A stretch of 63,999 bases of DNA, filler included, from Octopus bimaculoides (Eukaryota), in the NCBI RefSeq assembly GCF_001194135.2. It is 8 parts of 6 records of this genome, joined end to end, with 100 filler letters (N's around TTAATTAATTAA, not from the genome) between each part and the next. Parts side by side here need not be neighbours in the genome. Positions count along the whole stretch, not along the records: positions 29,714 to 55,840 come from NC_068981.1; 7 more parts are not named here. One strand, 5' to 3'. Each line of letters starts with the position of its first letter. Position 1 is the stretch's first letter. Positions 38,483 through 51,249 of this stretch are shown piece after piece. A program made the position numbers and the translations under genes. Under the pieces are notes generated by a model. That model ran no database searches. It was given only the letters and a program-made list of their open reading frames with translations, and had not been told where the DNA came from.

Positions 38483-39430
38483 TTGGGTCATCCCGTCAAT
38501 AATACGGTTTTTTCAATTGCATGAACTAAAAGTCAGAATTTTAATACAGTATATGGGGTTCGGATAATAAATGTAAGCCAGTGTCTACGGTGGTTCCATA
38601 AATTTCGAGCCGGAAACTAGCTTAGAAGACGAGCTTCGTCCTGGAAGATCTGGATAGGTTGACGAGGACGTTCCTTGTGGATCAAAATCCCTTCGTAACT
38701 GTTGAGGAACTAGCAGAGATGCTAGAATTTGGCCATTCAATCATACATCGACACTTGTGTGCCATCGGAAAAGTCAGCAAATTGGGTCAATGGGTTTCTC
38801 ACAAATTTTCCGAGTCTAATCGCGCGCAGAGAGTGAACGTGTGCTCTTCTTTGCATTCACGTCAGACATATGAATCATTTTTGGACCAAATAGTGACTGG
38901 AGACGAGAAATGAGTTCTCTGTAAAAATGTCAAGCGCAGAAGAAAGTGGGTAGGGAAAGGAGAAACACTGACACACCGGGCTAAAGAAGGTCTCCACCCA
39001 CGTAGGTTGTTGTTATCTTTTTCGTGGGATATAAAACGTTTAGTCTACTTCGTGGGATATGAAACGTTTAGTCTATTTTCGTGGGATATGAAACGTTTAG
39101 TCGACGTGGGATATGAAACGTTTAGTCTACCCATACCAAGCGATAACAAGGGAGATCTACTGCGAGCAGATTTTGTCAGCGCTAGAAGGAAAACGACCAG
39201 CGAGGAAGACATTCTAAATGCTGGAGCAGTTTGAATGGAAAACGGTTGTCCCAGACACCATATTCGCCAGACATTGTCCCATCTGATTATCATTTATTCC
39301 ATAGTCTTCAAATTGATTTGGACAAGAATATGAATTCTGTAGAAAAGGTCAGAATAGCACAGGAGGAGTATTTTTCGCCGTGAACAAGTGAATTTTGGAA
39401 GAGGGGCGCTATAAGTCTACAAAATGTACA
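38483..39430 (+). mobile_element. Tc1/mariner (mariner family) transposon, decayed, right TIR not found
   Basis: TA|TTGGGTCATCCCGTCAATAATACGGTTTTT left TIR-like end. Transposase remnants LEDELRPGR, TVEELAEML..IHRHL..KLGQWVSH (WVPH), FLDQIVTGDEK*, YSPDIVPSDYHLF (YSPDLAPSDY). Internal deletion, stops and frameshifts. Confidence 0.92.
39021..39130 (+). repeat. Tandem minisatellite, 4 copies of about 28 bp, inside the transposase
   Basis: TTCGTGGGATATGAAACGTTTAGTCTAC x4 with no spacers. Confidence 0.95.
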
Positions 39431-40779
39431 TGAGGACGGTGTTTTTTGTTCTTCACCCTGAAATTTGTTGTACATTGTTATTAGCATATTTGTGTTTAAT
39501 ACACCAAGGTGGTTCCAGACGCAAGACATGCTGTTTGCTGTGGTGTACGTCATATAAGAGTTATTCTCCGAGGACCTGCACAACAGCGATCAGCATATTA
39601 TGCGTCTTAACCTCTCAACACATTTTAAAACTAAATTTGCGAATAATCTTTTATATTTATATACACTTACAAGAAAAGAGGTAGCAGTGACATCTTCGAA
39701 GTGTTGGCTGTATTCAGGAATCATTGACCCGAGTCAATATGACTGAACTGACTTTCGCACGTATAGAACGCAGGACAGTCGAGCTGGCTTATCTACACCT
39801 TATCTACACGACCAGCAGGAAATAACTATATNNNNNNNNNNNNNNNNNNNNNNNNNNNNNNNNNNNNNNNNNNNNNNNNNNNNNNNNNNNNNNNNNNNNN
39901 NNNNNNNNNNNNNNNNNNNNNNNNNNNNNNNNNNNNNNNNNNNNNNNNNNNNNNNNNNNNNNNNNNNNNNNNNNNNNNNNNNNNNNNNNNNNNNNNNNNN
40001 NNNNNNNNNNNNNNNNNNNNNNNNNNNNNNNNNNNNNNNNNNNNNNNNNNNNNNNNNNNNNNNNNNNNNNNNNNNNNNNNNNNNNNNNNNNNNNNNNNNN
40101 NNNNNNNNNNNNNNNNNNNNNNNNNNNNNNNNNNNNNNNNNNNNNNNNNNNNNNNNNNNNNNNNNNNNNNNNNNNNNNNNNNNNNNNNNNNNNNNNNNNN
40201 NNNNNNNNNNNNNNNNNNNNNNNNNNNNNNNNNNNNNNNNNNNNNNNNNNNNNNNNNNNNNNNNNNNNNNNNNNNNNNNNNNNNNNNNNNNNNNNNNNNN
40301 NNNNNNNNNNNNNNNNNNNNNNNNNNNNNNNNNNNNNNNNNNNNNNNNNNNNNNNNNNNNNNNNNNNNNNNNNNNNNNNNNNNNNNNNNNNNNNNNNNNN
40401 NNNNNNNNNNNNNNNNNNNNNNNNNNNNNNNNNNNNNNNNNNNNNNNNNNNNNNNNNNNNNNNNNNNNNNNNNNNNNNNNNNNNNNNNTATTATGCTATG
40501 TATATTCTCTGTTTTCTTTAAACTATATATGTGTGTGTGTGTATGTGTGTGTGTGTGTATACACATGCATGCACGCACACTCACAAACACTCTCGCGCGC
40601 ACACACAAACAAAGGGAAATAGTAGAGATCAATATAAGGAGTCATTTTGGAAAAGGATGGAAATACGAAGTATAAAGAGAAACAAGAGAATAAAAGTAGA
40701 AATAAATATATATGTAGGATCGTTGATCGATAGCCACTAAACCGTTTTCTATTTTCTCTCCCTGTATATTTCTGTGTTC

Positions 40780-40817
40780 CTTTCTGTTGTAAAGAGCGTA
40801 GGCTCGAAACGTAAAAG
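40780..40817 (+). ncRNA. Hammerhead-like relic with a mutated CUGANGA core
   Basis: CTTT-CTGTTGTAAA-GAGC-gtag-GCTC-GAAA-CGT-A-AAAG. Stem II, GAAA, palindromic ACGT stem III, GUA site and 4-bp stem I are intact; the CUGANGA core is disrupted. Confidence 0.35.
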
Positions 40818-41254
40818 ACTTTCTCACTTCCCGAGCGTTAGACTAATACATCCATTTGTTGTTTACACCACCGTTTTCGTCTGTTGTTTTGTTTTTTTGT
40901 AAATTCCAACTACATATAGGTCTGATGAGATGATCCATAAATCAGACACAAAAAAAAAAAAAGAAATAAAATCAGTGACAGTTAAAAATCTGTTTAGAAT
41001 TATTCACTAGCCTGTATGGTCTGGCTAAGTCAAAATGGTTTTTTGTATTCTTCCTTTCTACTTGGAGAGTTTTAGATTGAATTATAAAAATATGTCCTTC
41101 TGTTGAAATGAGATTTCAGTAAATTTCTATATCTTTGTGCAGCTGAGGATTGCTCTACATTTTATATTTGATATAATGTTCACATTGCTTAAATAAATGG
41201 AGTCGCATTAACTTTGGATATCCTTGTTGCTTATTTTGATTTATATATATATGA

Positions 41255-41522
41255 GTGGAGGCGCAATGGCCCAGTGATTAGGATCGTGGTTTCGATTCCC
41301 AGACCGGGCGTTGTGAGTGTTTATTGAGCAAAAACACCTAACGCTCCACGAGGCTCCGGCAGGGGATGGTGGCGAACCCTGCTGTACTCTTCCACCGCAA
41401 TTTTTTCTCACTCTTACTTCCTGTTTCTGTTGTACCTGTAATTCAAAGGACCAGCCTTGTCACTCTGTGTCACGCTGAATATCCCCGAGAACTACGTTAA
41501 GGGTACACGTGTCTGTGGAGTG
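41255..41522 (+). mobile_element. tRNA-derived SINE family C, with a small head deletion, running into a gap
   Basis: GTGGAGGCGCAATGGCCCAGTG..GGTTTCGATTCCCAGACCGGGCGTTGTGAG...GGGTACACGTGTCTGTGGAGTG; highly similar to 48187-48573. Confidence 0.9.
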
Positions 41523-43089
41523 NNNNNNNNNNNNNNNNNNNNNNNNNNNNNNNNNNNNNNNNNNNNNNNNNNNNNNNNNNNNNNNNNNNNNNNNNNNNNN
41601 NNNNNNNNNNNNNNNNNNNNNNNNNNNNNNNNNNNNNNNNNNNNNNNNNNNNNNNNNNNNNNNNNNNNNNNNNNNNNNNNNNNNNNNNNNNNNNNNNNNN
41701 NNNNNNNNNNNNNNNNNNNNNNNNNNNNNNNNNNNNNNNNNNNNNNNNNNNNNNNNNNNNNNNNNNNNNNNNNNNNNNNNNNNNNNNNNNNNNNNNNNNN
41801 NNNNNNNNNNNNNNNNNNNNNNNNNNNNNNNNNNNNNNNNNNNNNNNNNNNNNNNNNNNNNNNNNNNNNNNNNNATATATATATATATATAAATACATGT
41901 GTGTGTGTGTGTCTGTGTGTGTGTCTGTGTGTGTGTGTGTGTATGTGTGTGTAAGAAGTGAGCGAAGAGAAATAGCTGATTGGTCAGTGGCATGTATTTG
42001 AACATTACAAATGTTCTCTCCAGTCTTTTACTTCAACGACATGGCAACTTCAAGGTATTTGTTATCCTTAAGATTATCTCCCCTTCACAGGAGTTGTTAG
42101 TCTTAATGTCCGTTTGGTAGTCATGATGCATCCTCTAGGAGCGGAGATAATTTCAATAAATCAAGAATTTGTGTTGTATGATAGTTAACATACCAGTATA
42201 TGATAATATTTGTGTGTAAAAGACAGTGTGTAAATAGCAGTAGTGTGAAACAAATAAAACTGAAGTAAACTTTACACATGTTCGATTTAATTAAGTTAAT
42301 TTATAACCAGTTTACGATTCTGACATTAAATTACTAACGCATATTTTATTGTTTTCTTTTTCAATTTAGAATTCGTTTTCTTTCTTTTTATTGATTTGTT
42401 TTTCTAAGAGAGAAATATACAGTACGTACATGAAGCTCATATTAATATTCCTACAACTATAAACAATCACACTCATTCACACACACATTTTTACACACAT
42501 ACATATGCAGACACTAAACATTGTACACAATAATAATACTAACACTATTAACAATAAACACTGACTATAAAGCACACTCGTGTTGAGTTTGTAGCTGAGA
42601 CATGGAGTCGAATTTAAAGAGGAAGTCAGTACAGTCAAGCGAATGAATTGCCTGCATACTAATCTCATTGACCCTCCATGAAAGGATGAAAGGTAAAAAG
42701 AAATTTATGAAAAGCCCAATACTCTTCATTATCGAGCATTCCTTTTATGTGAGAGATATAGCAGCACATAGCAGGCTTTGTAAACGTTAGAAGAAAGCAA
42801 TTTAATACAGCAGTGAAATGTTTTATTATTGCAAGTCCTCGAAATACCTGGATCTACAGCTCGCGGCTTCGTGCATTCTCTTATTCGGTTTCTTCTTTTA
42901 TCGACTTTCACGAGCAGACAACTTAAAGGCTGCCCTCCTATAAAAACATTCACTCGACCTATCGTTATGCTATTCTCTCCACGCATCCCGTGTTTCTTGC
43001 CCCAATTAATATTACATTTTCTATACACTTTACGGACACACACATGCTTACGTATAAACGCACGCACGCATGTACACACACACGCACAC

Positions 43090-43139
<50 letters not shown>

Positions 43140-44636
43140 NNNNNNNNNNNNNNNNNNNNNNNNNNNNNNNNNNNNNNNNNNNNNNNNNNNNNNNNNNNNN
43201 NNNNNNNNNNNNNNNNNNNNNNNNNNNNNNNNNNNNNNNNNNNNNNNNNNNNNNNNNNNNNNNNNNNNNNNNNNNNNNNNNNNNNNNNNNNNNNNNNNNN
43301 NNNNNNNNNNNNNNNNNNNNNNNNNNNNNNNNNNNNNNNNNNNNNNNNNNNNNNNNNNNNNNNNNNNNNNNNNNNNNNNNNNNNNNNNNNNNNNNNNNNN
43401 NNNNNNNNNNNNNNNNNNNNNNNNNNNNNNNNNNNNNNNNNNNNNNNNNNNNNNNNNNNNNNNNNNNNNNNNNNNNNNNNNNNNNNNNNNNNNNNNNNNN
43501 NNNNNNNNNNNNNNNNNNNNNNNNNNNNNNNNNNNNNNNNNNNNNNNNNNNNNNNNNNNNNNNNNNNNNNNNNNNNNNNNNNNNNNNNNNNNNNNNNNNN
43601 NNNNNNNNNNNNNNNNNNNNNNNNNNNNNNNNNNNNNNNNNTATATATATCATATGAATAAACACACTAACCTACGTAGAAAAGAATGGTGAAACTTTAA
43701 TGATTAACTTGTTTAAAGAAATGCGTGTCGTAACTGTATGAGGAGAGGGGGAATGTTCCTGTCTCCTTTCAGACAAATAAATGAAAGCATACTGACATGT
43801 ATATATTAATTGTTTATTTACACGACATGTATATATACAATGACAAGTGTGTGTTAATTATTTATACACACGATATACAGTGCAAGACGGTGTCTAAAAA
43901 CTGTAGAGGCGAGGCAATGCATCGGCGACTGACATCCGTTTACAGTGGAATTTATTTGATTTCGTTCAACCATTAAGGCAAATCGAACATGCATAAACGT
44001 CACAGCATCTCATTTATTGAGATCTTGGATTCCAAGGGATCGCATGAGAATGATTATGAACAAGATGGAAGGGTAAATTGGACAGACTAGCGAGTGGGGA
44101 ACATAAAACCGGTAGTTATGGTGGAATAAAATCAAGGCCTTTATCTGACAGTGAGATAGGAAGATAGGGCTTCACTGATTAATGCATAACATCGTTGATA
44201 TCAGAAAAAGGGATTAATAAATACATCCCTGCAGAAGGACGAATGGAATCGAACAGTGCCAAACACAGAGTGTTTCGCAATATTTCGATGCCAGTGTTAT
44301 TATTGATGTTGTTGTTCTTATTTAGTCCGAAGACTTCTCTGATTGGACAACGAAGTGATTCCAGTCCCGATCACCCGGACTTTTTAAAATGTTCCTATAT
44401 CTTTGGTCAGGCGTCAGTTTCCTCAGGGTTGCCCTGGGCTAAAAATTAAAAGGTGTCAAACTTCCATTTGACAAATCTTACAACACATCGTAAAACGTAG
44501 TCCTCAATTCGTAGATATCGATGATGATAATTTGTCGAAGAGAAAAAGACAAAGTGAAACATAAGATACATATCTACAGCCATTATGTAATTATATAGAA
44601 GACATTATACAAAGCGTAATATAAAGATTATATAAG

Positions 44637-44860
44637 GCGGCGAGAAGCTGGCAGAAACGTTAGCACGCCGGGCGAAATGCTTCGCGGTATTTCGTCTGAC
44701 TTTATGTTCTGAGTTCAAATTCCGCCGAGGTCGACATTGCCGTTTACTCTTTCGGGGTCGATAAATTAGGTACTAGTTGCGTACTGGGGTCGATCTAATC
44801 GACTGGACCCCGCCCTACCAAAATATAAAATTCGGGTCTTGGACTTCGAGTAGAAAAGAA
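44637..44860 (+). mobile_element. SINE family B
   Basis: GCTGGCAGAAACGTTAGCACGCCGGGCGAAATGC..TTCTGAGTTCAAATTCCGCCGAGGTCGAC..TTTCGGGGTCGATAAATT. Confidence 0.9.
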
Positions 44861-45436
44861 TATAAAGATTATACAACACGCATATACTTATATCTTTATC
44901 TTTTACTTGCTCCAGTAATTAGATTGCGGCTATGTTGGGGCCTTAAATAATAAATAGTTGAACGAATAGGCCCCAGTACTTTTGTTTTAAAGTCTGGTTC
45001 TTATATAATCGGTCTCGCTTGCCAAAGAGTTTCGGCCCCTAACACCTGAAACTCTAAATGATTCGGATCATATCCAAGATATGACACTCGGATACTTCTC
45101 TACAGGAATTTTGCCCGGCACCATCTCACACATCGACCGCATGGCACCGGCTACCACACGAGAAAACCGCTCACGTCGACTTTCATCACATCGCCCGTTG
45201 CACATCGTCTTCCAGCACGGACTTCGAACTATCGTCTTCCAGCACGAACTTCGAAACTACCTGTTCACGTTGGCTTCCAGCACGAACTTCTCGCCACGTG
45301 GGAAAATAGTCTTTATCCTTCGCCCAGGTGTCAAAACCATAACGATATCTGTGGGGCAGCTGATGATGGAGGTATGTTGGATTGTTGGTATGGCTGTGGA
45401 ATAGTATTATAACACATCCTTTTGATAGATATATGA

Positions 45437-45611
45437 TGAATTTATGGAATGAAATTCCATAAATCCCTTCAATGTTGTTAAAAATGGAGGAAACAAGTTG
45501 TTAAAATTTATAAGAAGTTTAATCTTCTTTCTTCTTATAAATTCTAACAACTTGTCTCCTCCATTCTTAATGAAATTGATGGGATTTATGGAATTTCATT
45601 CCATAAATTCA
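45437..45611. mobile_element. 175-bp palindromic MITE-like element
   Basis: Arms TGAATTTATGGAATGAAATTCCATAAATCCC...GTTGTTAAAATTTATAAGAAG and CTTCTTATAAATTCTAACAAC...GGGATTTATGGAATTTCATTCCATAAATTCA, with a short loop. Confidence 0.8.
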
Positions 45612-45888
45612 CCACACATTATATACAAGTACTGCTTTCCTATCTTTGCAAATTTACGCCTGTAAACTCCCACCAAAGTATGAAGAATCAACATTAGACA
45701 TCTTTTTTGGCAATCTCCAATTAAAGGACGAATCCACATTCAACATTTATACACCTATATTACTATATGTGTGTATGTGTATATATATATATATATATAT
45801 ATNNNNNNNNNNNNNNNNNNNNNNNNNNNNNNNNNNNNNNNNNNNNNNNNNNNNNNNNNNNNNNNNNNNNNNNNNNNNNNNNNNNNNN

Positions 45889-45921
<33 letters not shown>

Positions 45922-47292
45922 GCAAATGGTGGAAACCTTCAGATGATGAATTTTTATGAATAAATATATAGATATTTATATTATGTCCACCTTAAGCAAA
46001 GTACAAGCGACAGAAATACTGATTTATCCAAAACATTAATGGGAATACATACGGTCGTTGAGCTTGTATCAAGTCGTTAAGCCTTCTAGAAATAACAACC
46101 AAATCGTAACCAATGAAACCGCTATAAGGAAATTATACATACCAAATGTTCGAATGCGGTGGGACGGTCACAGTCAGAGCGCTTTTGATCAAAGGTCCTC
46201 TAGGTCACAGTTGATCTGAGACTGTTGTCTACCCATCAGTAAAACAGTTAACAGAACACTCACTCTTTTACAGTACTCCTCCCGCCTGTGTTAAATATTA
46301 CCAGCTCCACAGAATATATATTTATTGAACTCTCTCGTCGCTCCGACAAATGTGAGTTCAGCAGGACACTGCTGTACAGAACCATTCTATGGCCCTTCAT
46401 GCGCATGGTCAAAGCTGAAGATTTCCAGTAGAATGCTCTACCTGTCCCTGTCACCTCTTGTGAAGAAAGTGGGATGATGCTGGCGTTTTGGTTTGCTGAA
46501 CAACCCACTATTATCGTAGTGGGCATAGTTTGTGCAGAACCAGTCCGACTCTTTCCGCCTTCAAACGTGTATTGATCTGCTGCAACAAGTGCCAAGATGC
46601 CAGTAGTTATCAGGATATAGGATCTGTATAGAGTTACCTTCTCTTAGATGAGCGGCTAAAGAGTTGAAAGGCTTCATCTGTCCTGAGTCCCTTGGAATGT
46701 CTGTGGCTGACCATATCCCGGAAGTAATTTTGTGACATGCAAATTAACCCATATCTGGGATCCTGAGCTACTACTGAGCGCCAGAGTAAAGCTGGGAGCA
46801 ATATTGGTTAACAGGAGGTTCTACTCGCCTTGAAATCCCGGAACTCCCCAACTAGAGCTCTGCTACCAGAAGTCATAACAAGGACAACTGGAATACATAT
46901 TGACCACAAGGTTAAATGTGTTCAAGATCAAAAATCTTTTGTCAATAGTGAAATTTGAACTTACATTAATTAAATTAGAAGGCTGCCAATCTGCAGATTA
47001 GGCTTAGTTACCAAATATTACCAACAAACAGCAACGAAAATAAGGAATAAAACTCTAGAATCTTGGTTGTTTTGCGTTGAAAAGTGAAAAGAAAAATGGT
47101 CGTTTTAAAAATAGCACAAAAAAGAAAACAGCGAAGATTTATCGTGTTTAAGTTTCTGAATTTTAAAAGGTCAAAGGTGTGTAGACATCAGCTTAACAAA
47201 CAGTGTTTAAATGTATTTATAGCTGTGTGTAAAATATAACAGTGCATAGTTGTTAAATAGCGCTGATACATAATATCAGAAAGAGAGGGAGA

Positions 47293-47350
<58 letters not shown>

Positions 47351-47414
47351 CGGGGAGAGTGTGTATAAAATATATATACTAGTATACATCTGTTAACGAA
47401 TAGATTTACACGCG

Positions 47415-47467
<53 letters not shown>

Positions 47468-47716
47468 GAATGTGAAATACAATTGCAAGTCCATGTTGGT
47501 AAAGGTTTAAATTTCCCACTGTGTATGTTTTCGGCAGATTTACCTGTGCATCAGTACTGTGAATGCTTGTGTGCTTTTGTATGCGTGAGAATATGTGCGT
47601 TGATGAGTGTTTCATGTATATTTCAGCCGCAACTGTTGCGCATATGCATACGTGCATATATACATTCCTTTACCTGTGTGTGTGTGCGTGCGTGTGTGTG
47701 TGTGTGTGTGTGTATA

Positions 47717-47895
47717 AATTTAAACGGCAAGAAGAAAATGGAGGGGATACAGAAACAGTATGCATCAACTGTTAGACATTATATTATAACTATTTATTTA
47801 TTCTAAAACAATGAATAAATATACATAATATAATGTCTGACAGTTGATGTATACTACTTCTGGATCTCCTCCATTTTCTTCTTACCGTATAAATT
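47717..47895. mobile_element. About 180-bp palindromic MITE-like element
   Basis: Arms AATTTAAACGGCAAGAAGAAAATGGAGGGGATACAGAA..CATCAACTGTTAGACATTATATTAT..TATTTATTC and GAATAAATA..ATAATATAATGTCTGACAGTTGATG..TTCTGGATCTCCTCCATTTTCTTCTTACCGTATAAATT; 9-nt loop. Confidence 0.8.
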
Positions 47896-48186
47896 AAGGG
47901 TAAGCCACTTTTTACCCTCACCCATTTATTACGCCCAATAGTGAAATTGCCACGCAATAACCAGCACTTGGGTATTGATAATGATTGTGTACACTACCAG
48001 CAGTATATTGGATAGGTACCATCCCTAAGTTGGTTGGATTCACAACCTCTAACTCTCACTGAATTATATAAATTTAAATAAAGAAGTATTATTACCGTTA
48101 TTCATAGCAATAATAAAGTGGCTAGCAAGTTCATAGTGTTGCAGGCACAATATAAGGTAAATTAAGATTCAATAGGGTATATAATA

Positions 48187-48573
48187 TGTTGTTGGCACTC
48201 GGTCGCTTACGACGTCGAGAGTTCAAATGATCCGATCAAAGGAACAGCCTGCTCGTTAAATTAACGTGCAAGTGGCTGAGCACTCCACAGACACGTGTAC
48301 CCTTAACGTAGTTCTCGGGGATATTCAGCGTGACACAGTGTGACAAGGCTGACCCTTTGAATTACAGGCACAACAGAAACAGGAAGTAAGAATGAGAGAA
48401 AGTTGTGGTGGAAGAGTACAGTAGGGTTCGCCACCACCAACTGCCGGAGCCTCGTGGAGCTTGTTTATGTGTTTTCGCTCAATAAACACTCACAACGCAC
48501 GGTCTGGGAATCGAAACCGCGATCCTATGACCGCTAGTCCGTTGCCCTAACCACTGAGCCATTGCGCCTCCAC
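48187..48573 (-). mobile_element. Complete SINE family C with a perfect 13-bp target-site duplication
   Basis: TSD AGGGTATATAATA at 48174-48186 and 48574-48586. tRNA-like head with A box (TGGCTCAGTGG) and B-box-like GGTTTCGATTCC; 3' end GAGTGCCAACAACA. Confidence 0.95.
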
Positions 48574-49203
48574 AGGGTATATAATACCACTTGCTAAAAT
48601 CAGAGCCAATGCTCCAAACACCACTATGAACTCACAATTAAGGTACACACGACCAATGCAATGAACGTATGAGAAATAGGCTTACCTTTGCGTTGAATAT
48701 ATCAGTAAGTAATGTGTATTTTCAATATCAATTGATTTCACGCTTTGAATGACAAACATACTCTGCGATCTCCGGTTAAAAATAACATTTTTAACATCTG
48801 TGTGTGTGTGTGTGTNNNNNNNNNNNNNNNNNNNNNNNNNNNNNNNNNNNNNNNNNNNNNNNNNNNNNNNNNNNNNNNNNNNNNNNNNNNNNNNNNNNNN
48901 NNNNNNNNNNNNNNNNNNNNNNNNNNNNNNNNNNNNNNNNNNNNNNNNNNNNNNNNNNNNNNNNNNNNNNNNNNNNNNNNNNNNNNNNNNNNNNNNNNNN
49001 NNNNNNNNNNNNNNNNNNNNNNNNNNNNNNNNNNNNNNNNNNNNNNNNNNNNNNNNNNNNNNNNNNNNNNNNNNNNNNNNNNNNNNNNNNNNNNNNNNNN
49101 NNNNNNNNNNNNNNNNNNNNNNNNNNNNNNNNNNNNNNNNNNNNNNNNNNNNNNNNNNNNNNNNNNNNNNNNNNNNNNNNNNNNNNNNNNNNNNNNNNNN
49201 NNN

Positions 49204-49294
<91 letters not shown>

Positions 49295-50830
49295 TACACA
49301 CATATATATGCATGTACATAAATAGAATACGAGTGTGTGTACACATGTATATATATAAATATTTACACACACGTGTACACTCCACATACATATCTTCTAT
49401 GCATTTATGAGCAAGTGTATGCTAGTCATAAACTCATACTGACCACCATTTATCTCCACCTGAATATCTCCATACACATGCGCACACACGAACGTGCACA
49501 CCGATTAATTGTTGATTTACACAATATGACATAATATGTGTATGTATGTGCGTGTGTGCGCCTGTATGTGTACGTGCGTGTGCGTGTACGTGTGTGTGTG
49601 CTGTGAATGAATATATATATTTGATAACTGCCTCTGGCTGTGATCAAAATAGCAGCAATGACCGGTTTCTTCTCTTTAATTCCAGATTGAACATTTTCTT
49701 GACACGTCAACTCTCCGATATTCCATCAATTGAATAATTTTCTTTGTTCGATCATTTATAGATCGATATTTCAAAATTACATGTTTCTATTTCCATTCCA
49801 TCATTGTTGTGTTAAAACCCGATAATTGAGCCGTCAGCGCTCATTAGCAACAGATTAAAAGATTTTATCTTATTGTTTTATTAATTTAAATGTTTTTTGT
49901 TTTCTCTTCGGTATTCTTACGTAATGCTTGTCTTTGATTACAGTTTATAAGCGGAATATTTTATGACATTCCCTTGTTATAAATTATTAGAAATGTTAAT
50001 CGTAAACCTCACTTAATCTGTATTGTTGTTTTTAGTGATTTCTCTTTATTTATATCGGTCAGATTCTCAACAAAAACCATGTATGACCAAACGTCTCAAT
50101 TTCATTCATTTATTAATCTCTTGTCTTACGTCTTTGCAAGAAATCCAAGATCTTGTTAGGCGTTTGTTTTCATTGTGTGTTGTGACTGTGTCAGCATTAT
50201 TAGGAAATATGGAACAAACACATTTGTTTATCGTATTAGTGCTGTTGCTGTTGCTGTAGTGATGATCGTTGTTGTTGCTAAATCTACGGTGATTTCTCAG
50301 GATAAAATCTGTGTACACGGTCATTTTGGGGCATTTTACATTTACGTAAAACCGACGTAGATACTGTGAAAATGTCAGGATATTAGCACCAAAGGTAAGC
50401 AGCTAACTAAAATCTGATAAAAAAAAATTACCTGTGAAGTAAAAACACGTGGGCTTTGCAAAGAACATTTATTATTCATGCTTGAATTTAACTTCACACA
50501 TCAACTAGAATACCGGCCAACTGCCTTCCGAAGCACTGGTTTTTCGATCCCTATCTATAACTGTTTCCCTATTGTCTTGGCTAGTGATGTCATGCATTTG
50601 CTGATTCTACTCTCCCTTCCATTTCCTGTCTCACCACTACTTAATCATTCTTGAAATCATCTCCTTTCTCCTCATCAATCTTATGTTGAACCTCCATAAA
50701 CACCCAAGGTAACTACAACAACACCTGACCATTCTTACTCAGAGCTCTGCTCACCAGGAACTACATACATCCCGACATATGATATTCCGGCAGTCATTGA
50801 AAAATTGATAATATCGATCTTAATGCTTAC

Positions 50831-50863
50831 TGCCATGAAGGGCCATGGGCTCCGTCTCTACAT
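50831..50863 (-). other. Candidate 33-nt micro-exon
   Basis: TTATTAATTTCTTTCAG|ATGTAGAGACGGAGCCCATGGCCCTTCATGGCA|GTAAGC. A GC-rich island with both splice sites, open in phases 1 and 2. Confidence 0.3.
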
Positions 50864-51126
50864 CTGAAAGAAATTAATAATAGAATAAAAAAATTTTGAC
50901 ACTTTAGAGAGAAACTGGGTTTTTCGAAGGGAAAAGAATTCCAACGATGAGTTGATCAACCGTTCATGGCGTACGGCTAAGAGTTTACAGATTGCCAACA
51001 GATGGTTCTCCTGATTATGCGTTGCTTGTTGCAAATGGTACTTCATTCTAAACTGCATTAGTTTCCTCGGTGGTGCTTATTGCTTATTCTATCCCTTAAG
51101 CCCTCTCTCCTCACTCTATGTTTCTC

Positions 51127-51193
<67 letters not shown>

Positions 51194-51249
51194 GTGTACG
51201 TAGAATTTGGTGCGGAGCTTAAATGATATAAACGACATAATTAATTAAG

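Noticed and set aside
39021-39130. CRISPR-like 28-bp direct repeats
   Set aside because: No spacers, embedded in a mariner transposase, eukaryotic context, and no cas genes.
44195-44449. ORF with a signal-peptide-like MPVLLLMLLFLF stretch
   Set aside because: The hydrophobic run derives from a TTG/TTA low-complexity tract, and there are no supporting splice or start signals.
48480-48573. tRNA gene (also the SINE heads at 41255, 51549, 22375 and elsewhere)
   Set aside because: A- and B-box-like motifs are present, but they continue into SINE bodies and I could not build a complete cloverleaf.
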